DNA of 24,000 bases from Oceanospirillaceae bacterium (GTDB lineage Bacteria; Pseudomonadota; Gammaproteobacteria; Pseudomonadales; Balneatricaceae), in NCBI GenBank assembly GCA_013215505.1, contig JABSQZ010000016.1:33595-57594 (forward strand). Direction: 5' to 3'. The position numbers and the translations under genes were made by a program. Under the pieces are notes generated by a model that worked only from the letters and a program-made list of their open reading frames with translations, was not told the origin of the DNA and searched no databases. Below are positions 1 through 9,246 of this stretch, piece by piece (position 1 is the first letter of the stretch; each line of letters starts with the position of its first letter).

Positions 1-916
1 GCAAGCTTAAATTTATCGATAAATCAGTTTTTGCTGCCAGGCAGATTGCCTGCTCCAGTAAAGTCATCAGTACTGATCTTAGCCAGGTTTCACTGAGGCC
101 AATAGTCTCTGTTAGCTGAGAGTCAATTTGATAATCGATTATCCAGTTTTCCGCCCTCGCCTGAGCGGTATATTGGCGCAATATATTATCCAGTAGTGTC
201 GCCAGTATTGTCTGCTGTGACCCAGATTCCGTCGCTATTGCATTATCTTGCAGTAGTAAGTTTAGCTGTTGTAGTTGCTCGGTCCTGTTGTTGAGGGTGG
301 CGACCAGATCCGCCAGCATAGGTTTGTGCTGAAACTGCAGTAATCTTTGGCTGTCGGTGACAATAGGTTGGATTTTTTGCGCAAAATAACCTGAAACTTG
401 AGTTAAGAGCGCCTGGCAGGCAACTGAGTTAGTCCGGCGCTGATTAAGTTCTGCTCTGGGCTCGAATAGGCGTGGTTGTGACTGGCTTTTAACGCTCTGG
501 ATATCCCTGTAGGAACGCAGCGCGACCACGACTGAAGTAATCAGTCGAGATGCAGATAATTCGGCTTTACCTAAATAGTCATTGATATCGTATTGAATGA
601 TCACTTCGGCCTCTGGGGCGAAGCCCGGGTGGCCAGTGCGCAAGATAATGCGCAGATCGTGGTTGTTTAATTGTTGCCTGATAAAGTTAACCAGATCCAG
701 TCCCTCGCTATCGGTTTCCATAACAACATCTAAAATTGCCACGGCGATATCTGTTTGCTCAGCGAGTACTTCTCTGGCTTTGGCGCCGCTCAATGCGTTG
801 ATTAGTTCTATCGGGCGGTTCTCGAACTGGTATCCGCGAAATACCATGCGGGTGATGCTGTGAATTCCTTCGTCGTCATCTACTACTAGTACTTTCCAGG
901 GAGCAATTGTGGTCAT
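1..916 (-). CDS. Response-regulator receiver (REC) protein with a non-DNA-binding C-terminal extension; partial, with the 3' end beyond the window
   Basis: The ORF track omits it because the window edge truncates it. Manual minus-strand translation from the ATG at 916-914 stays open for 305 codons to the edge. The sequence begins MTTIAPWKVLVVDDDEGIHSITRMVFRGYQFENRPIELINALSGAKAREVLAEQTDIAVAILDVVMETDSEGLDLVNFIRQQLNNHDLRIILRTGHPGFAPEAEVIIQYDINDYLGKAEL. The CheY-like hallmarks are present: the DDD acidic pocket, the phospho-Asp in AILDVVM, Thr in LRTG and Lys in LGKAEL. The tail (...ETWLRSVLMTLLEQAICLAAKTDLSINLSL) resembles the N-box region of a His-kinase ATPase, but the Asn positions are replaced. 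Confidence 0.8.
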   Translation of the reverse strand, partial: MTTIAPWKVLVVDDDEGIHSITRMVFRGYQFENRPIELINALSGAKAREVLAEQTDIAVAILDVVMETDSEGLDLVNFIRQQLNNHDLRIILRTGHPGFAPEAEVIIQYDINDYLGKAELSASRLITSVVVALRSYRDIQSVKSQSQPRLFEPRAELNQRRTNSVACQALLTQVSGYFAQKIQPIVTDSQRLLQFQHKPMLADLVATLNNRTEQLQQLNLLLQDNAIATESGSQQTILATLLDNILRQYTAQARAENWIIDYQIDSQLTETIGLSETWLRSVLMTLLEQAICLAAKTDLSINLSL

Positions 917-1014
917 AGTTACCTGTTTAATTATCTTTATTAGTTAAGGCGTTAAGGGAGACAAAGATGATCACAGTAGCGACTCTGCTTGCCTCTTGGT
1001 TACACTAGCGGAAA

Positions 1015-4000
1015 TTATAATACCTGTTTTAGGGTTAAATTATCTAATCTTAGCCACTGGCGCTGTAACTTTAGCTGTTTTTCACTGCACAGGGCGCTAA
1101 GCCCTGTATGTTGCTCTTTTAACAACTGCGCGTAATGGCGATAGCAGAGTATCTGGTGCTGCAAGTGCCCCTGCCGCTCTACGCTTTGCAAGGCAACTTC
1201 AAATTGTGCCATGGCCTGGGTTAAAGGTCTGACTTTAGCATAATAGACTGCTTTAGCTATTTGATACTGGGCATCGAAATTACTTGCACAAAGTTTAGAC
1301 CAGATTTGTAATCGGGTTAGATACCCCTCTAACTGGGAGAGTTGCAGAGCATCTGGATTGTGCCTGGGCAGGCAGTAGATACGCATTAATGTACAGATGA
1401 AGACCGCTTCAGTCACTATGTAATGACCGGGAATGTCCATTTCAATTTTAGCGTCCCAGCTTTGTAGTAACGGCCAGTGACGGTGATCAAAAGTATAGAA
1501 AGCGCTGAATAAATCAGCGAAGCCCTGGCTGCTGTTGCGATAACTCAGTGTATCTTGAGCGTTAATGGGTTGCTGGCCTAAAACCGAGTCAGTGATGCTC
1601 ATAATAGAGCGCAGTGAAGTACTGCTCGGTTGCTTTTCATCGAGCTGGAATCGGGCTAATAATTGCTCACAGTTGAGGCCAATAGTTGCCAGTGGTTCGC
1701 CGCTGCACAGCAGTAAATACTGCAGCAGTAAGCTACTTTGCACGCTGTCGCTATCAGCGCTATTGGTGTTATTAGCAAAATCAGTGCGTAACTCTTGCAG
1801 TGCCTTAGTCATAGGGCTGAGCCAGTGATAGACTTTGCTGTATAAAATTAACTGACAGTGGTGACTGTGGCTATCACTTTGTTGGCTGGCTAAATGCAAT
1901 GCTCTGGCGCTACACAATTTAGCCATTTTAATGTCAGCTGCAAACCAACTGCAAACCCAGGAAAAATGTGCGCTGGCAAAAGATGAATATAAGTAATCGC
2001 TCGCTTGCAGACACAATTCAAACATTCGTGAAATAGCACCGGCCGCCAACAATGGTCGCTGTTGCTGAAGGCTGACCTCAGTGATTTGCTTGAGGATCCG
2101 CAACTGGTTTGCTATTGGCGAGGATAGTTTTTTGCTGACTTGAGGACAGCTGAACTGAGCCAGTTGACTGTCGCTAAGATCTGCCAACCGATCCAATTGT
2201 GCCGCTACTTCTACTAAAAAATCGCTATCTGCGTCTGGGAACTGAGCAATGTTGCACTGCTGTATAGCCGTGTTGGTCAGCAGCGTCAAAGCCTGTTGCT
2301 GGTGATTTTTGGCCCGCAAAAATTGTGAGTGATGGACTGCGAAAGTAACTTGTTGATCGACCGACAGACTGGCTTGCTGCAAATCTGCAATTCTTCGCTC
2401 GGCCAGCGGGAAATTTTGCGCCCTGATGCTAATTGGCAGCTGCAGTAAATACAGAATTTGCAGTTGCTCTAAATGATCACCCAGTTGTTGTCGGCAGGCA
2501 ATTAACAACTGATAACAATCCAGTGAATGTTGTTGCAGTTGTGACTCACAAGCGTTGATTAATTGTCTGGCGCATTGCTCAAGTGAGGTTATGTTTGTCT
2601 CTGATAACAATCTGATATCGCACAACTGAAAATGCTGCAAAGCATTCTGTGATTGTCGCACGCGCTGATAATAGAGTCCTATACGGTAGTGCTGCTCGCT
2701 GCGCTGCTCGGCGCTAGTGCTATCAATTACGGCATCAATAACCGTAGCGTGGCTAAAAATTAACGCTATATTATCTGTATTAGCGCTGTCCAGGTTGGCA
2801 ATAAGTTGTTGCTCTTGTGCTGGCCAAAGGTAAATGCTCAATCTGGCCAGGGAGTTACCGCTGATTTCAGACAACATCCCCACAGGTACTGCAGCGTTAC
2901 TTTGCGCTTTGATGGCAGCTGCCAGCCTCAGTAGCTGCAGTGAAAAGCTGCTGAGATTGGCAAGCTTTTGCTGTACCTGCTGCTTAATTTTCTCAGTGGA
3001 TAGCTGTAGAAACCACTGCGGTTTTTCTGCAGTTGCTAGTTTGTTGGGCTGCTGGCTGAGCGCACTGGAGAGCAGGTGTCTTCTATATTCGCTGGGGGAT
3101 GTTTTCATCCAGCGTTTAAATGCCTTTTGAAAAGCAGAAGGGTTGGAAAAACCAAGTTTATAGGAGATCTGAGAAAAATTCAGCTTCTGGTTGGCGATAA
3201 GCAACAGGCAAGTCTCGTGGCGCACACTGTCGTAGATCTTTTGAAAATTGCTGTCCAATAGTTTTAACTTACGTTGAAAGGTGCGCAAACTCATATTCAG
3301 GCAAGTGGCGACTTGTTGGCGGCGGATAGCCATGCTGTCGTTGGTTTGTGGTTGCTGTAATAATTTTCTGATTTGGTGCTTGGTCTGGGAAATTAACGCC
3401 TGTTGTTGCAGCGAGCGCGACATTAGCTGGTCGGCAAAATTGCAGTGCAGTTGGTGCATTTCCCAATTGGCTTCAGAACAAGCTAAAGCCATATAGTGGC
3501 TGGAAAACAGCACTTGATTTTGTCCCTGGGAAAAATTCACTTCAGTGGCTAGTTGTTGATGGTAGTTCTGCTCATTGGCTTGCTTAAAATTAAAATTGAT
3601 AGACTGAGCCGGGACTTGTCGGCCAGTCAGCCAGCGCGGCCAGTTAAGCAGGCAGCCAATGAAATACTCGATCACCGCCGGGTCATTATCCGTTGTGTGT
3701 AAGGTTAAAATACAGTGATCTTGATAGTGCTCGATTTGCAAATGGATCCCCTCGTACACCAGGGCGATATAATCACTGAGCATCTGGTAGGCATCTTGCA
3801 GTGTATTGGCCGTGGTCATCACAAAGCCCAAACAGCCGAGCATTCGCGGTTGAGTTGCCTCGGCGGCCAGCAGCGCCAGTTTGGGGTTGTGGGTGCGCTG
3901 AATTAATTGCGCTAATAACTGCTGGAAGGCCTCTATCCGATAGCGCTGCCCGGGCGCATTCAGAGAACTCTGTTCAATGACACTATGCTCTAGAGCCGCG

Positions 4001-4125
4001 CTAATACTGATACCTTGATGTTGAACGATCTGCAATAGAGCATGGCAAAGCTTTACGTTAAAGCTGGCGGCGTTAGAATCAGTGATTGGCGTGGTAGGAT
4101 GCAATTTTAAAATACCCTGTGACAA
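1015..4125 (-). CDS. AraC-family transcriptional regulator (N-terminal AraC-type ligand-binding domain plus HTH) fused to a ~680-aa helical-repeat C-terminal region
   Basis: This is a 1036-aa ORF. Residues ~265-350 (IRRQQVATCLNMSLRTFQRKLKLLDSNFQKIYDSVRHETCLLLIANQKLNFSQISYKLGFSNPSAFQKAFKRWMKTSPSEYRR) form a textbook AraC double HTH. The preceding ~260 aa look like the AraC-type arabinose-binding-like sensor domain. The remaining ~680 aa are Q/L-rich and helical with no GxxxxGK[ST] P-loop. The start is a TTG at 4125 and is uncertain; another in-frame TTG lies 7 codons downstream. All plus-strand ORFs inside this gene are antisense shadows. Confidence 0.85.
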   Translation of the reverse strand: MSQGILKLHPTTPITDSNAASFNVKLCHALLQIVQHQGISISAALEHSVIEQSSLNAPGQRYRIEAFQQLLAQLIQRTHNPKLALLAAEATQPRMLGCLGFVMTTANTLQDAYQMLSDYIALVYEGIHLQIEHYQDHCILTLHTTDNDPAVIEYFIGCLLNWPRWLTGRQVPAQSINFNFKQANEQNYHQQLATEVNFSQGQNQVLFSSHYMALACSEANWEMHQLHCNFADQLMSRSLQQQALISQTKHQIRKLLQQPQTNDSMAIRRQQVATCLNMSLRTFQRKLKLLDSNFQKIYDSVRHETCLLLIANQKLNFSQISYKLGFSNPSAFQKAFKRWMKTSPSEYRRHLLSSALSQQPNKLATAEKPQWFLQLSTEKIKQQVQQKLANLSSFSLQLLRLAAAIKAQSNAAVPVGMLSEISGNSLARLSIYLWPAQEQQLIANLDSANTDNIALIFSHATVIDAVIDSTSAEQRSEQHYRIGLYYQRVRQSQNALQHFQLCDIRLLSETNITSLEQCARQLINACESQLQQHSLDCYQLLIACRQQLGDHLEQLQILYLLQLPISIRAQNFPLAERRIADLQQASLSVDQQVTFAVHHSQFLRAKNHQQQALTLLTNTAIQQCNIAQFPDADSDFLVEVAAQLDRLADLSDSQLAQFSCPQVSKKLSSPIANQLRILKQITEVSLQQQRPLLAAGAISRMFELCLQASDYLYSSFASAHFSWVCSWFAADIKMAKLCSARALHLASQQSDSHSHHCQLILYSKVYHWLSPMTKALQELRTDFANNTNSADSDSVQSSLLLQYLLLCSGEPLATIGLNCEQLLARFQLDEKQPSSTSLRSIMSITDSVLGQQPINAQDTLSYRNSSQGFADLFSAFYTFDHRHWPLLQSWDAKIEMDIPGHYIVTEAVFICTLMRIYCLPRHNPDALQLSQLEGYLTRLQIWSKLCASNFDAQYQIAKAVYYAKVRPLTQAMAQFEVALQSVERQGHLQHQILCYRHYAQLLKEQHTGLSALCSEKQLKLQRQWLRLDNLTLKQVL

Positions 4126-4310
4126 AGTGTGATTTACCAGTAGGCATTATAATGTGCCATAGGATAGTGGCTATAAAAATTTGCACAAAGCGCTAATTCT
4201 GCTGGTTTCTAAACGTCACTGTAGAAATATTGCCAATGCACTACTTTTTACTAGCCGCTTATTAGTATAATTAGCAAACTCATTTTCCTTTATTCGCTTA
4301 GGTTTCACAC

Positions 4311-5042
4311 GTGTCACACCTCTTTAAAATGGCAACCCTGATGTTACTGCTGAGCAGTTTATGCAGCGCTTCACAGGCGGGACAAGTACTGCGCGTCGGC
4401 TTGCCGACTCCCGGGCAGGTTCCGTATCTTTGGCAGGAGCCAAACGGCGAAGTGCGCGGTATTTACGCAGATACTTTAAGGGCCATCGCCACAGATTTGC
4501 AACTGCAATTAGAGTTTATTGAATTGTCTCAAGCCAGGCTGATACGTCTGTTTATCGCCGGCGAGATAGACATAGAAGTCGGCGTCTCCACCCGTAGGCA
4601 AGGGACTTCCCAGCTTGAAAAATTATCGATATTCAGCCGCCCCTTTGGCATCGTCAACGAAGTGATTATCTACAACCCGAAATTAGAGTTTCCCGCATTT
4701 ATTTTAAAAGACCTGAAGGGGAGAAGTGTGGCCACAGTCAGGGGGACAGTAGTTCCCGACTATATTCAGCGCCAGAATTTTGCCTCGGAGCTGCAAATCG
4801 CCACCCGGGTACATAGAGGTTGGAGTCAGGTAGGTCTGATGCGCGAGGCCTCAGCTGTGCATTACAAGACCAGATCGGGGAAACAGTATAAGATTTCTCT
4901 CCCCTATGAAAGTAATTCTATCAGCTTGCGGCTGCGCCAGGATCAGACTGAACTGCGCAAACGGATAGACTTAAGCATCGGTCGGCTGGCGGCGGCGGGG
5001 GAGTTGGAAAACATTATCTGTAAGTATTTGTGTGCAGACTAG
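4311..5042 (+). CDS. Orphan periplasmic solute-binding-like protein (family-3 SBP-like) with a signal peptide
   Basis: This is a 243-aa ORF. The N-terminus MSHLFKMATLMLLLSSLCSASQA/GQVLRVGLP has n-, h- and c-regions with an A-x-A-type cleavage site. The pattern LRVG...PY...G...GI..D....IA..L...EF..L...R....L..GEIDI is typical of polar amino-acid-type SBPs. No permease or ATPase gene is adjacent. The start is a GTG at 4311; the ATG at 4329 is possible but would leave no charged n-region. Confidence 0.7.
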   Translation: MSHLFKMATLMLLLSSLCSASQAGQVLRVGLPTPGQVPYLWQEPNGEVRGIYADTLRAIATDLQLQLEFIELSQARLIRLFIAGEIDIEVGVSTRRQGTSQLEKLSIFSRPFGIVNEVIIYNPKLEFPAFILKDLKGRSVATVRGTVVPDYIQRQNFASELQIATRVHRGWSQVGLMREASAVHYKTRSGKQYKISLPYESNSISLRLRQDQTELRKRIDLSIGRLAAAGELENIICKYLCAD

Positions 5043-5050
5043 AAAAACAG

Positions 5051-5099
5051 TTGGAAGTTGGAAGTTGGAAGTAGCGAGTAGCGAGTAGTGAGGCGTGAG
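5051..5099. repeat. Composite heptanucleotide tandem array: (TTGGAAG)x3, (TAGCGAG)x2, TAGTGAG, GCGTGAG
   Basis: Read directly: seven consecutive 7-nt units in strict register, starting 9 nt after the stop codon of the 4311-5042 CDS. The first unit type is the reverse complement of the repeat at 12909-12981. Confidence 0.95.
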
Positions 5100-5207
5100 T
5101 TTAAAGTAGTCAGTTATGTTTGAGCTGCGCACATAATTTCTGGGTGCAGGTGAAATTTACTGGGTATTTTTAAGATTGGGATTTGATGCTGGCAGAGGAG
5201 TAATAAA

Positions 5208-5283
<76 letters not shown>

Positions 5284-5352
5284 ATCTTAACTTTTAATAT
5301 CGATCAAAAAACAAACAAAAAAGCTTTTCTTTGCCGCTAATCGAGGGCGCAA

Positions 5353-5381
5353 ATAATAATAGTGAAACCTTGTGGTTGCAA
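5353..5381 (-). promoter_or_regulatory. Putative sigma70 promoter for tRNA-Thr
   Basis: The minus strand reads TTGCAA-17 nt-TATTAT. A GC-rich discriminator (TTGCGCCCTCG) follows, as in stringently controlled stable-RNA promoters. It lies ~70 nt upstream of the mature tRNA 5' end. Confidence 0.4.
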
Positions 5382-5476
5382 GTAATAAATACACTTTTTT
5401 TCGTTTATGGCACTTCAGTGGCTGTTAATTTAACTTCACCTGCAATCCAGTGCTAAACAGCTTAATCGCATCTGAC

Positions 5477-7060
5477 TCACATCAGTGCTGAGCTGATTAA
5501 GTTCTGGGTATAACTGTGACTTGGTGACTCGAATATCTGTTGGCAGGTGCCGGTCTCTACTACTTCTCCGCGGTGCATCACTATCACTTTGTGGCTCAGG
5601 GCTCTGATGACGGTCAGGTCATGGCTGATAAAGATGTAACTTAGAGAATGTTTAGTCTGTAACTTGCGCAACAGTTCTATTATTTGGATCTGGATAGTGC
5701 GGTCCAGACTGGAGGTGGGCTCATCCAAAATAATAAATTGTGGCTTCAAGACCAGGGCTCTGGCAATCGCAATGCGCTGGCGCTGGCCACCTGAGAACTC
5801 ATTCGGGTATCGATTTGCCCAGCTAGGGTCTATTTCAACTTCCGACATTACTTCAAGAATACGTTGCTGGCGCTGTTCAGGGCTGCCCAGCTGGTGAATT
5901 TCTAAACCTTCACCGATGATTTCTCCGACCGACATTCTCGGGCTGAGACTTCCATAGGGGTCTTGAAACACTACTTGCATAGATTTGCGTTGCTCGCGCA
6001 TCTGCTGGTGACCAATTCCCTGGATATCCTTGCCGAGAAAAACGATCTTACCAGTGCTCTGCTGCAGTTGCAGTATGGCTTTGGCCAAGGTAGATTTTCC
6101 GGAACCACTCTCGCCGACTACGCCGATAGTTTCGCCGCGGTGTAATACTAAATCAATGCCGTCTACGGCTTTGAAATGGGCCACTGTGCGCTGCAGTATT
6201 CCCTTGCGGATCGGAAACCAAACTCTCAGTTGTTCAGTGGTTAATATTACCTGATCAGTGACCGTATCAGTGGCACTGCCGCTGTGTTCGGCCGCTAATA
6301 ACCGTTGTGTGTAGGGGTGTTTTGGCTGCTGGAATATTTGTTTCACCGGTGCGCACTCAACAATGCGGCCGTTCTCCATGACGGAGACGGTATCGGCGAT
6401 ATGTTTGACCACGGCCAAGTCGTGGGTAATAAACAGCACCCCCATGCCCGTCTCACGCTGTAGCTGCAAGATCAGTTCCAGTATCTGCGCCTGAATAGTG
6501 ACATCTAAGGCGGTTGTGGGCTCATCGGCAATCAATAAGTCCGGCTCGTTAATGAGCGCCATAGCAATCATCACCCGCTGTCGCTCACCGCCGGAGAGCT
6601 GATGGGGCAAATCTTTGAGTTTGTGTTTCGGATCTCTTATGCCGACTTTTATAAGCCACTCTAGTGCCTGTTCGGCCGCATAAGTTTTAGTGCAGGGCTT
6701 GTGCAGTAACACCACTTCACTGAGCTGTTTTTCTATATTGTGCAGTGGGTTCAGCGAGGTCATTGGCTCCTGGAAGATAACACTGATGTTATCGCCGCGG
6801 ATTGCCCGCAACTGCGCGTCGCTGGCGGTGACTAAATTCTGTCCCAGCCAGTTGACTTCGCCGCTGATGATTTTCAGCGGTGGGCTGTCGAGCAACTGTA
6901 CTATGCTCATAGCTGTAACAGATTTCCCGGAACCACTCTCGCCCACTAAGGCGTGTATTTCACCGCGATTTATTTGCAGGGCAAAATCGTGTACCACTTG
7001 TTTGAATTGACCGCCCATCTGGAAGCCTAAATTGAGCTTGCTGATTTCTAATAACGGCAT
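5477..7060 (-). CDS. yejF: Peptide/microcin C ABC transporter, fused double ATP-binding subunit YejF
   Basis: This 527-aa ORF carries two ABC cassettes. The Walker A motifs are GESGSGKS (twice), the signatures are LSGGERQR and FSGGQRQR, and the Walker B motifs are LLIADEPTTALD and FIILDEPTSSLD. Size and order match E. coli YejF. The start codon overlaps the yejE stop by 1 nt (TGATG), indicating translational coupling. Confidence 0.9.
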   Translation of the reverse strand: MPLLEISKLNLGFQMGGQFKQVVHDFALQINRGEIHALVGESGSGKSVTAMSIVQLLDSPPLKIISGEVNWLGQNLVTASDAQLRAIRGDNISVIFQEPMTSLNPLHNIEKQLSEVVLLHKPCTKTYAAEQALEWLIKVGIRDPKHKLKDLPHQLSGGERQRVMIAMALINEPDLLIADEPTTALDVTIQAQILELILQLQRETGMGVLFITHDLAVVKHIADTVSVMENGRIVECAPVKQIFQQPKHPYTQRLLAAEHSGSATDTVTDQVILTTEQLRVWFPIRKGILQRTVAHFKAVDGIDLVLHRGETIGVVGESGSGKSTLAKAILQLQQSTGKIVFLGKDIQGIGHQQMREQRKSMQVVFQDPYGSLSPRMSVGEIIGEGLEIHQLGSPEQRQQRILEVMSEVEIDPSWANRYPNEFSGGQRQRIAIARALVLKPQFIILDEPTSSLDRTIQIQIIELLRKLQTKHSLSYIFISHDLTVIRALSHKVIVMHRGEVVETGTCQQIFESPSHSYTQNLISSALM

Positions 7061-8091
7061 CAGTAGCTGCTCCTTGGGTCAAAAGCATCTCGTACGGCTT
7101 CACCGATAAAGACTAACATTGATAACATTACCCCAAGCACCAGAAAAGATGACAGTCCCAGCCAGGGTGCCTGTAAATTGGACTTGCCTTGGGCCAGTAA
7201 CTCGCCCAGAGAGGCAGAGCCAGGGGGGAGACCAAATCCGAGAAAATCCAGGGAGGTTAAAATAGTCACAGAACCGGATAAAGTAAAAGGCATAAATGTC
7301 AGCGTCGCGACCATAGCGTTAGGTAAAATGTGTTTGTACATTAAACGTGCATCGCTCATTCCCAGAGCTCTGGCGGCCTGTACATATTCGAAGTTGCGGC
7401 TGCGGAGAAACTCGGCCCGTACCACCCCGACAAATCCCATCCAGGAGAATAGCAGCACAAATGCCAGCAGCCACCAGATATTAGGGGTAATAATGCTCAG
7501 CATAATGATGAGGATAAACAGCGACGGCATACTGCTCCAAATTTCTATCAGCCGCTGAAAGAACAGATCAATGCGACCACCGTAAAAGCCCTGCACAGCT
7601 CCGGCAGCTACACCAATAATGGCCGAGATAATAGTCACCGCGAAACCAAATAATACTGACACTCTGAAACCGTAGAGGATGCCGGCGACCACATCGCGGG
7701 CCTTATCATCGGTCCCCAGCCAATTGTCACTCGTCGGTGGGCTGGGGGCGGGGGAGGGCAAATCGTAGATAATAGTGTCGAAACTGTAGCGGATTAAAGG
7801 CCATAACATCCAGCCCTGCTGTTGCTCAATCAGCTCTTGCAGATAGGGGTCAGTGTAATCTGCTGCGATATCTAAATCTCCGCCAAAGTCGGTTTCGCTG
7901 TAGTCAAAGAGTACCGGGGCGTGTAATTCCCCGTTATAGCTAACCAGCAGGGGACGATCATTGGCGACAAATTCGGCAAACAGGGCAATGAAAAAAACAA
8001 TGCTAAACATCCACAAACTATAATAGCCACGGCGGTTTGCTTTAAACTTCAGCCAGCGCTTCTGCTGGATACTGTTGGTTACATTAGTCAT
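7060..8091 (-). CDS. yejE: ABC transporter permease YejE
   Basis: This 343-aa polytopic membrane protein belongs to the BPD_transp_1 type of Opp/Dpp-class permeases. Its position between yejB and yejF is the same as in E. coli. Confidence 0.85.
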   Translation of the reverse strand: MTNVTNSIQQKRWLKFKANRRGYYSLWMFSIVFFIALFAEFVANDRPLLVSYNGELHAPVLFDYSETDFGGDLDIAADYTDPYLQELIEQQQGWMLWPLIRYSFDTIIYDLPSPAPSPPTSDNWLGTDDKARDVVAGILYGFRVSVLFGFAVTIISAIIGVAAGAVQGFYGGRIDLFFQRLIEIWSSMPSLFILIIMLSIITPNIWWLLAFVLLFSWMGFVGVVRAEFLRSRNFEYVQAARALGMSDARLMYKHILPNAMVATLTFMPFTLSGSVTILTSLDFLGFGLPPGSASLGELLAQGKSNLQAPWLGLSSFLVLGVMLSMLVFIGEAVRDAFDPRSSY

Positions 8092-8097
8092 AAAACA

Positions 8098-9195
8098 TTA
8101 GTTACTTTCAAAGTTAATACGGGGGTCGACGATACTGTACATCAGATCACTGAGGAGGCTCATCAACAGCCCCATCAGTCCAAATATATACAAAGTAGCA
8201 AAAATCACTGGGTAGTCTCTGGCCAAGGTCGCCTCAAATGCCAGCAGCCCCAGTCCATCCAGAGAAAAAATTACTTCGATCAATAGTGAACCGGTAAAGA
8301 AGATTCCGATGAAGGCGGCGGGAAAACCGGCGATAATGATTAACATGGCATTGCGAAATACATGTCGGTATAAAATCCGGCTTTGGGTCAGGCCCTTGGC
8401 TTTGGCGGTAATCACATACTGTTTGTGGATTTCATCGAGAAAACTATTTTTGGTGAGCATCGTCAGGCTGGCGAAACCACCAATAGTCATAGCCACTACC
8501 GGCAGGAACATATGGTTGGCGTAGTCGGCTATTTTTCCCCAGTTACTGAGCTCATCGAAATCGTTGGAGACCAGGCCACGCAGTGGGAAAAAATCCCAAT
8601 AGTTGCCCCCGGCAAAGAAGATAATTAACAGCACCGCAAACAGGAAAGAGGGCACGGCATTGGCGGCAAGCACTATAGTAGTGCTCCAGACATCGAATCT
8701 ACCACTGTGTTTGACCGCTTTGCGAATCCCCAGCGGAATTGAAATCATATAAACTAACAAGGTGGTCCACAACCCCAGTGAGATAGACACCGGCAGGCGA
8801 TCTAAAATTAATTCCATCACCGTGCGGCCGCGGAACAAACTGTCACCAAACTCCATCCGTATGTAGTCCCACAACATAGTAAAATAGCGCTCGTGCATGG
8901 GTCGATCGAAACCAAATTGCTTTTTTATCTTCTCGATATCTTCTTTGGTTAAACCTACCGAGGCCCGATAACCTGAATTACCTTCATCTCCCTGCTCCTT
9001 TTTTCTGGCTTCAGTGGCAGCGCCACTGTTGCTGGTGACCCGGTCAAGCATCGAGGCATTCAGGCCCATCTCCTTGGCAATCGCCTGATCAACAGGGCCC
9101 CCTGGGGCCAGTTGAATCAAGAAGAAGTTGATAGTGATGATCGCCAGTAAAGTGGGGATTATCAGTAGCAGTCGACGAATGATATAAGCGGACAT
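8098..9195 (-). CDS. yejB: ABC transporter permease YejB
   Basis: This is a 365-aa protein. The N-terminus [35 protein letters not shown] is characteristic of OppB/DppB/YejB-class permeases. It lies 6 nt upstream of yejE. Confidence 0.85.
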   Translation of the reverse strand: MSAYIIRRLLLIIPTLLAIITINFFLIQLAPGGPVDQAIAKEMGLNASMLDRVTSNSGAATEARKKEQGDEGNSGYRASVGLTKEDIEKIKKQFGFDRPMHERYFTMLWDYIRMEFGDSLFRGRTVMELILDRLPVSISLGLWTTLLVYMISIPLGIRKAVKHSGRFDVWSTTIVLAANAVPSFLFAVLLIIFFAGGNYWDFFPLRGLVSNDFDELSNWGKIADYANHMFLPVVAMTIGGFASLTMLTKNSFLDEIHKQYVITAKAKGLTQSRILYRHVFRNAMLIIIAGFPAAFIGIFFTGSLLIEVIFSLDGLGLLAFEATLARDYPVIFATLYIFGLMGLLMSLLSDLMYSIVDPRINFESN

Positions 9196-9246
9196 AAAAT
9201 TTACTAGCCTGTCAATGTGACACTGCTGAACACAGTGTCGCTACTG

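Noticed and set aside
1565-3906. Five plus-strand track ORFs (60-98 aa) inside the AraC-family gene. The same antisense pattern occurs at 597-863, 5664-7010, 7178-7558, 8309-8628, 9276-10681, 12441-12677, 13399-13656, 15030-15230, 17123-17305 and 20047-20729
   Set aside because: All lie antisense or out of frame within long ORFs that have strong family signatures. Their compositions are low-complexity and rich in Cys, Ser and Leu, as is typical of shadow ORFs. None has a recognisable motif.
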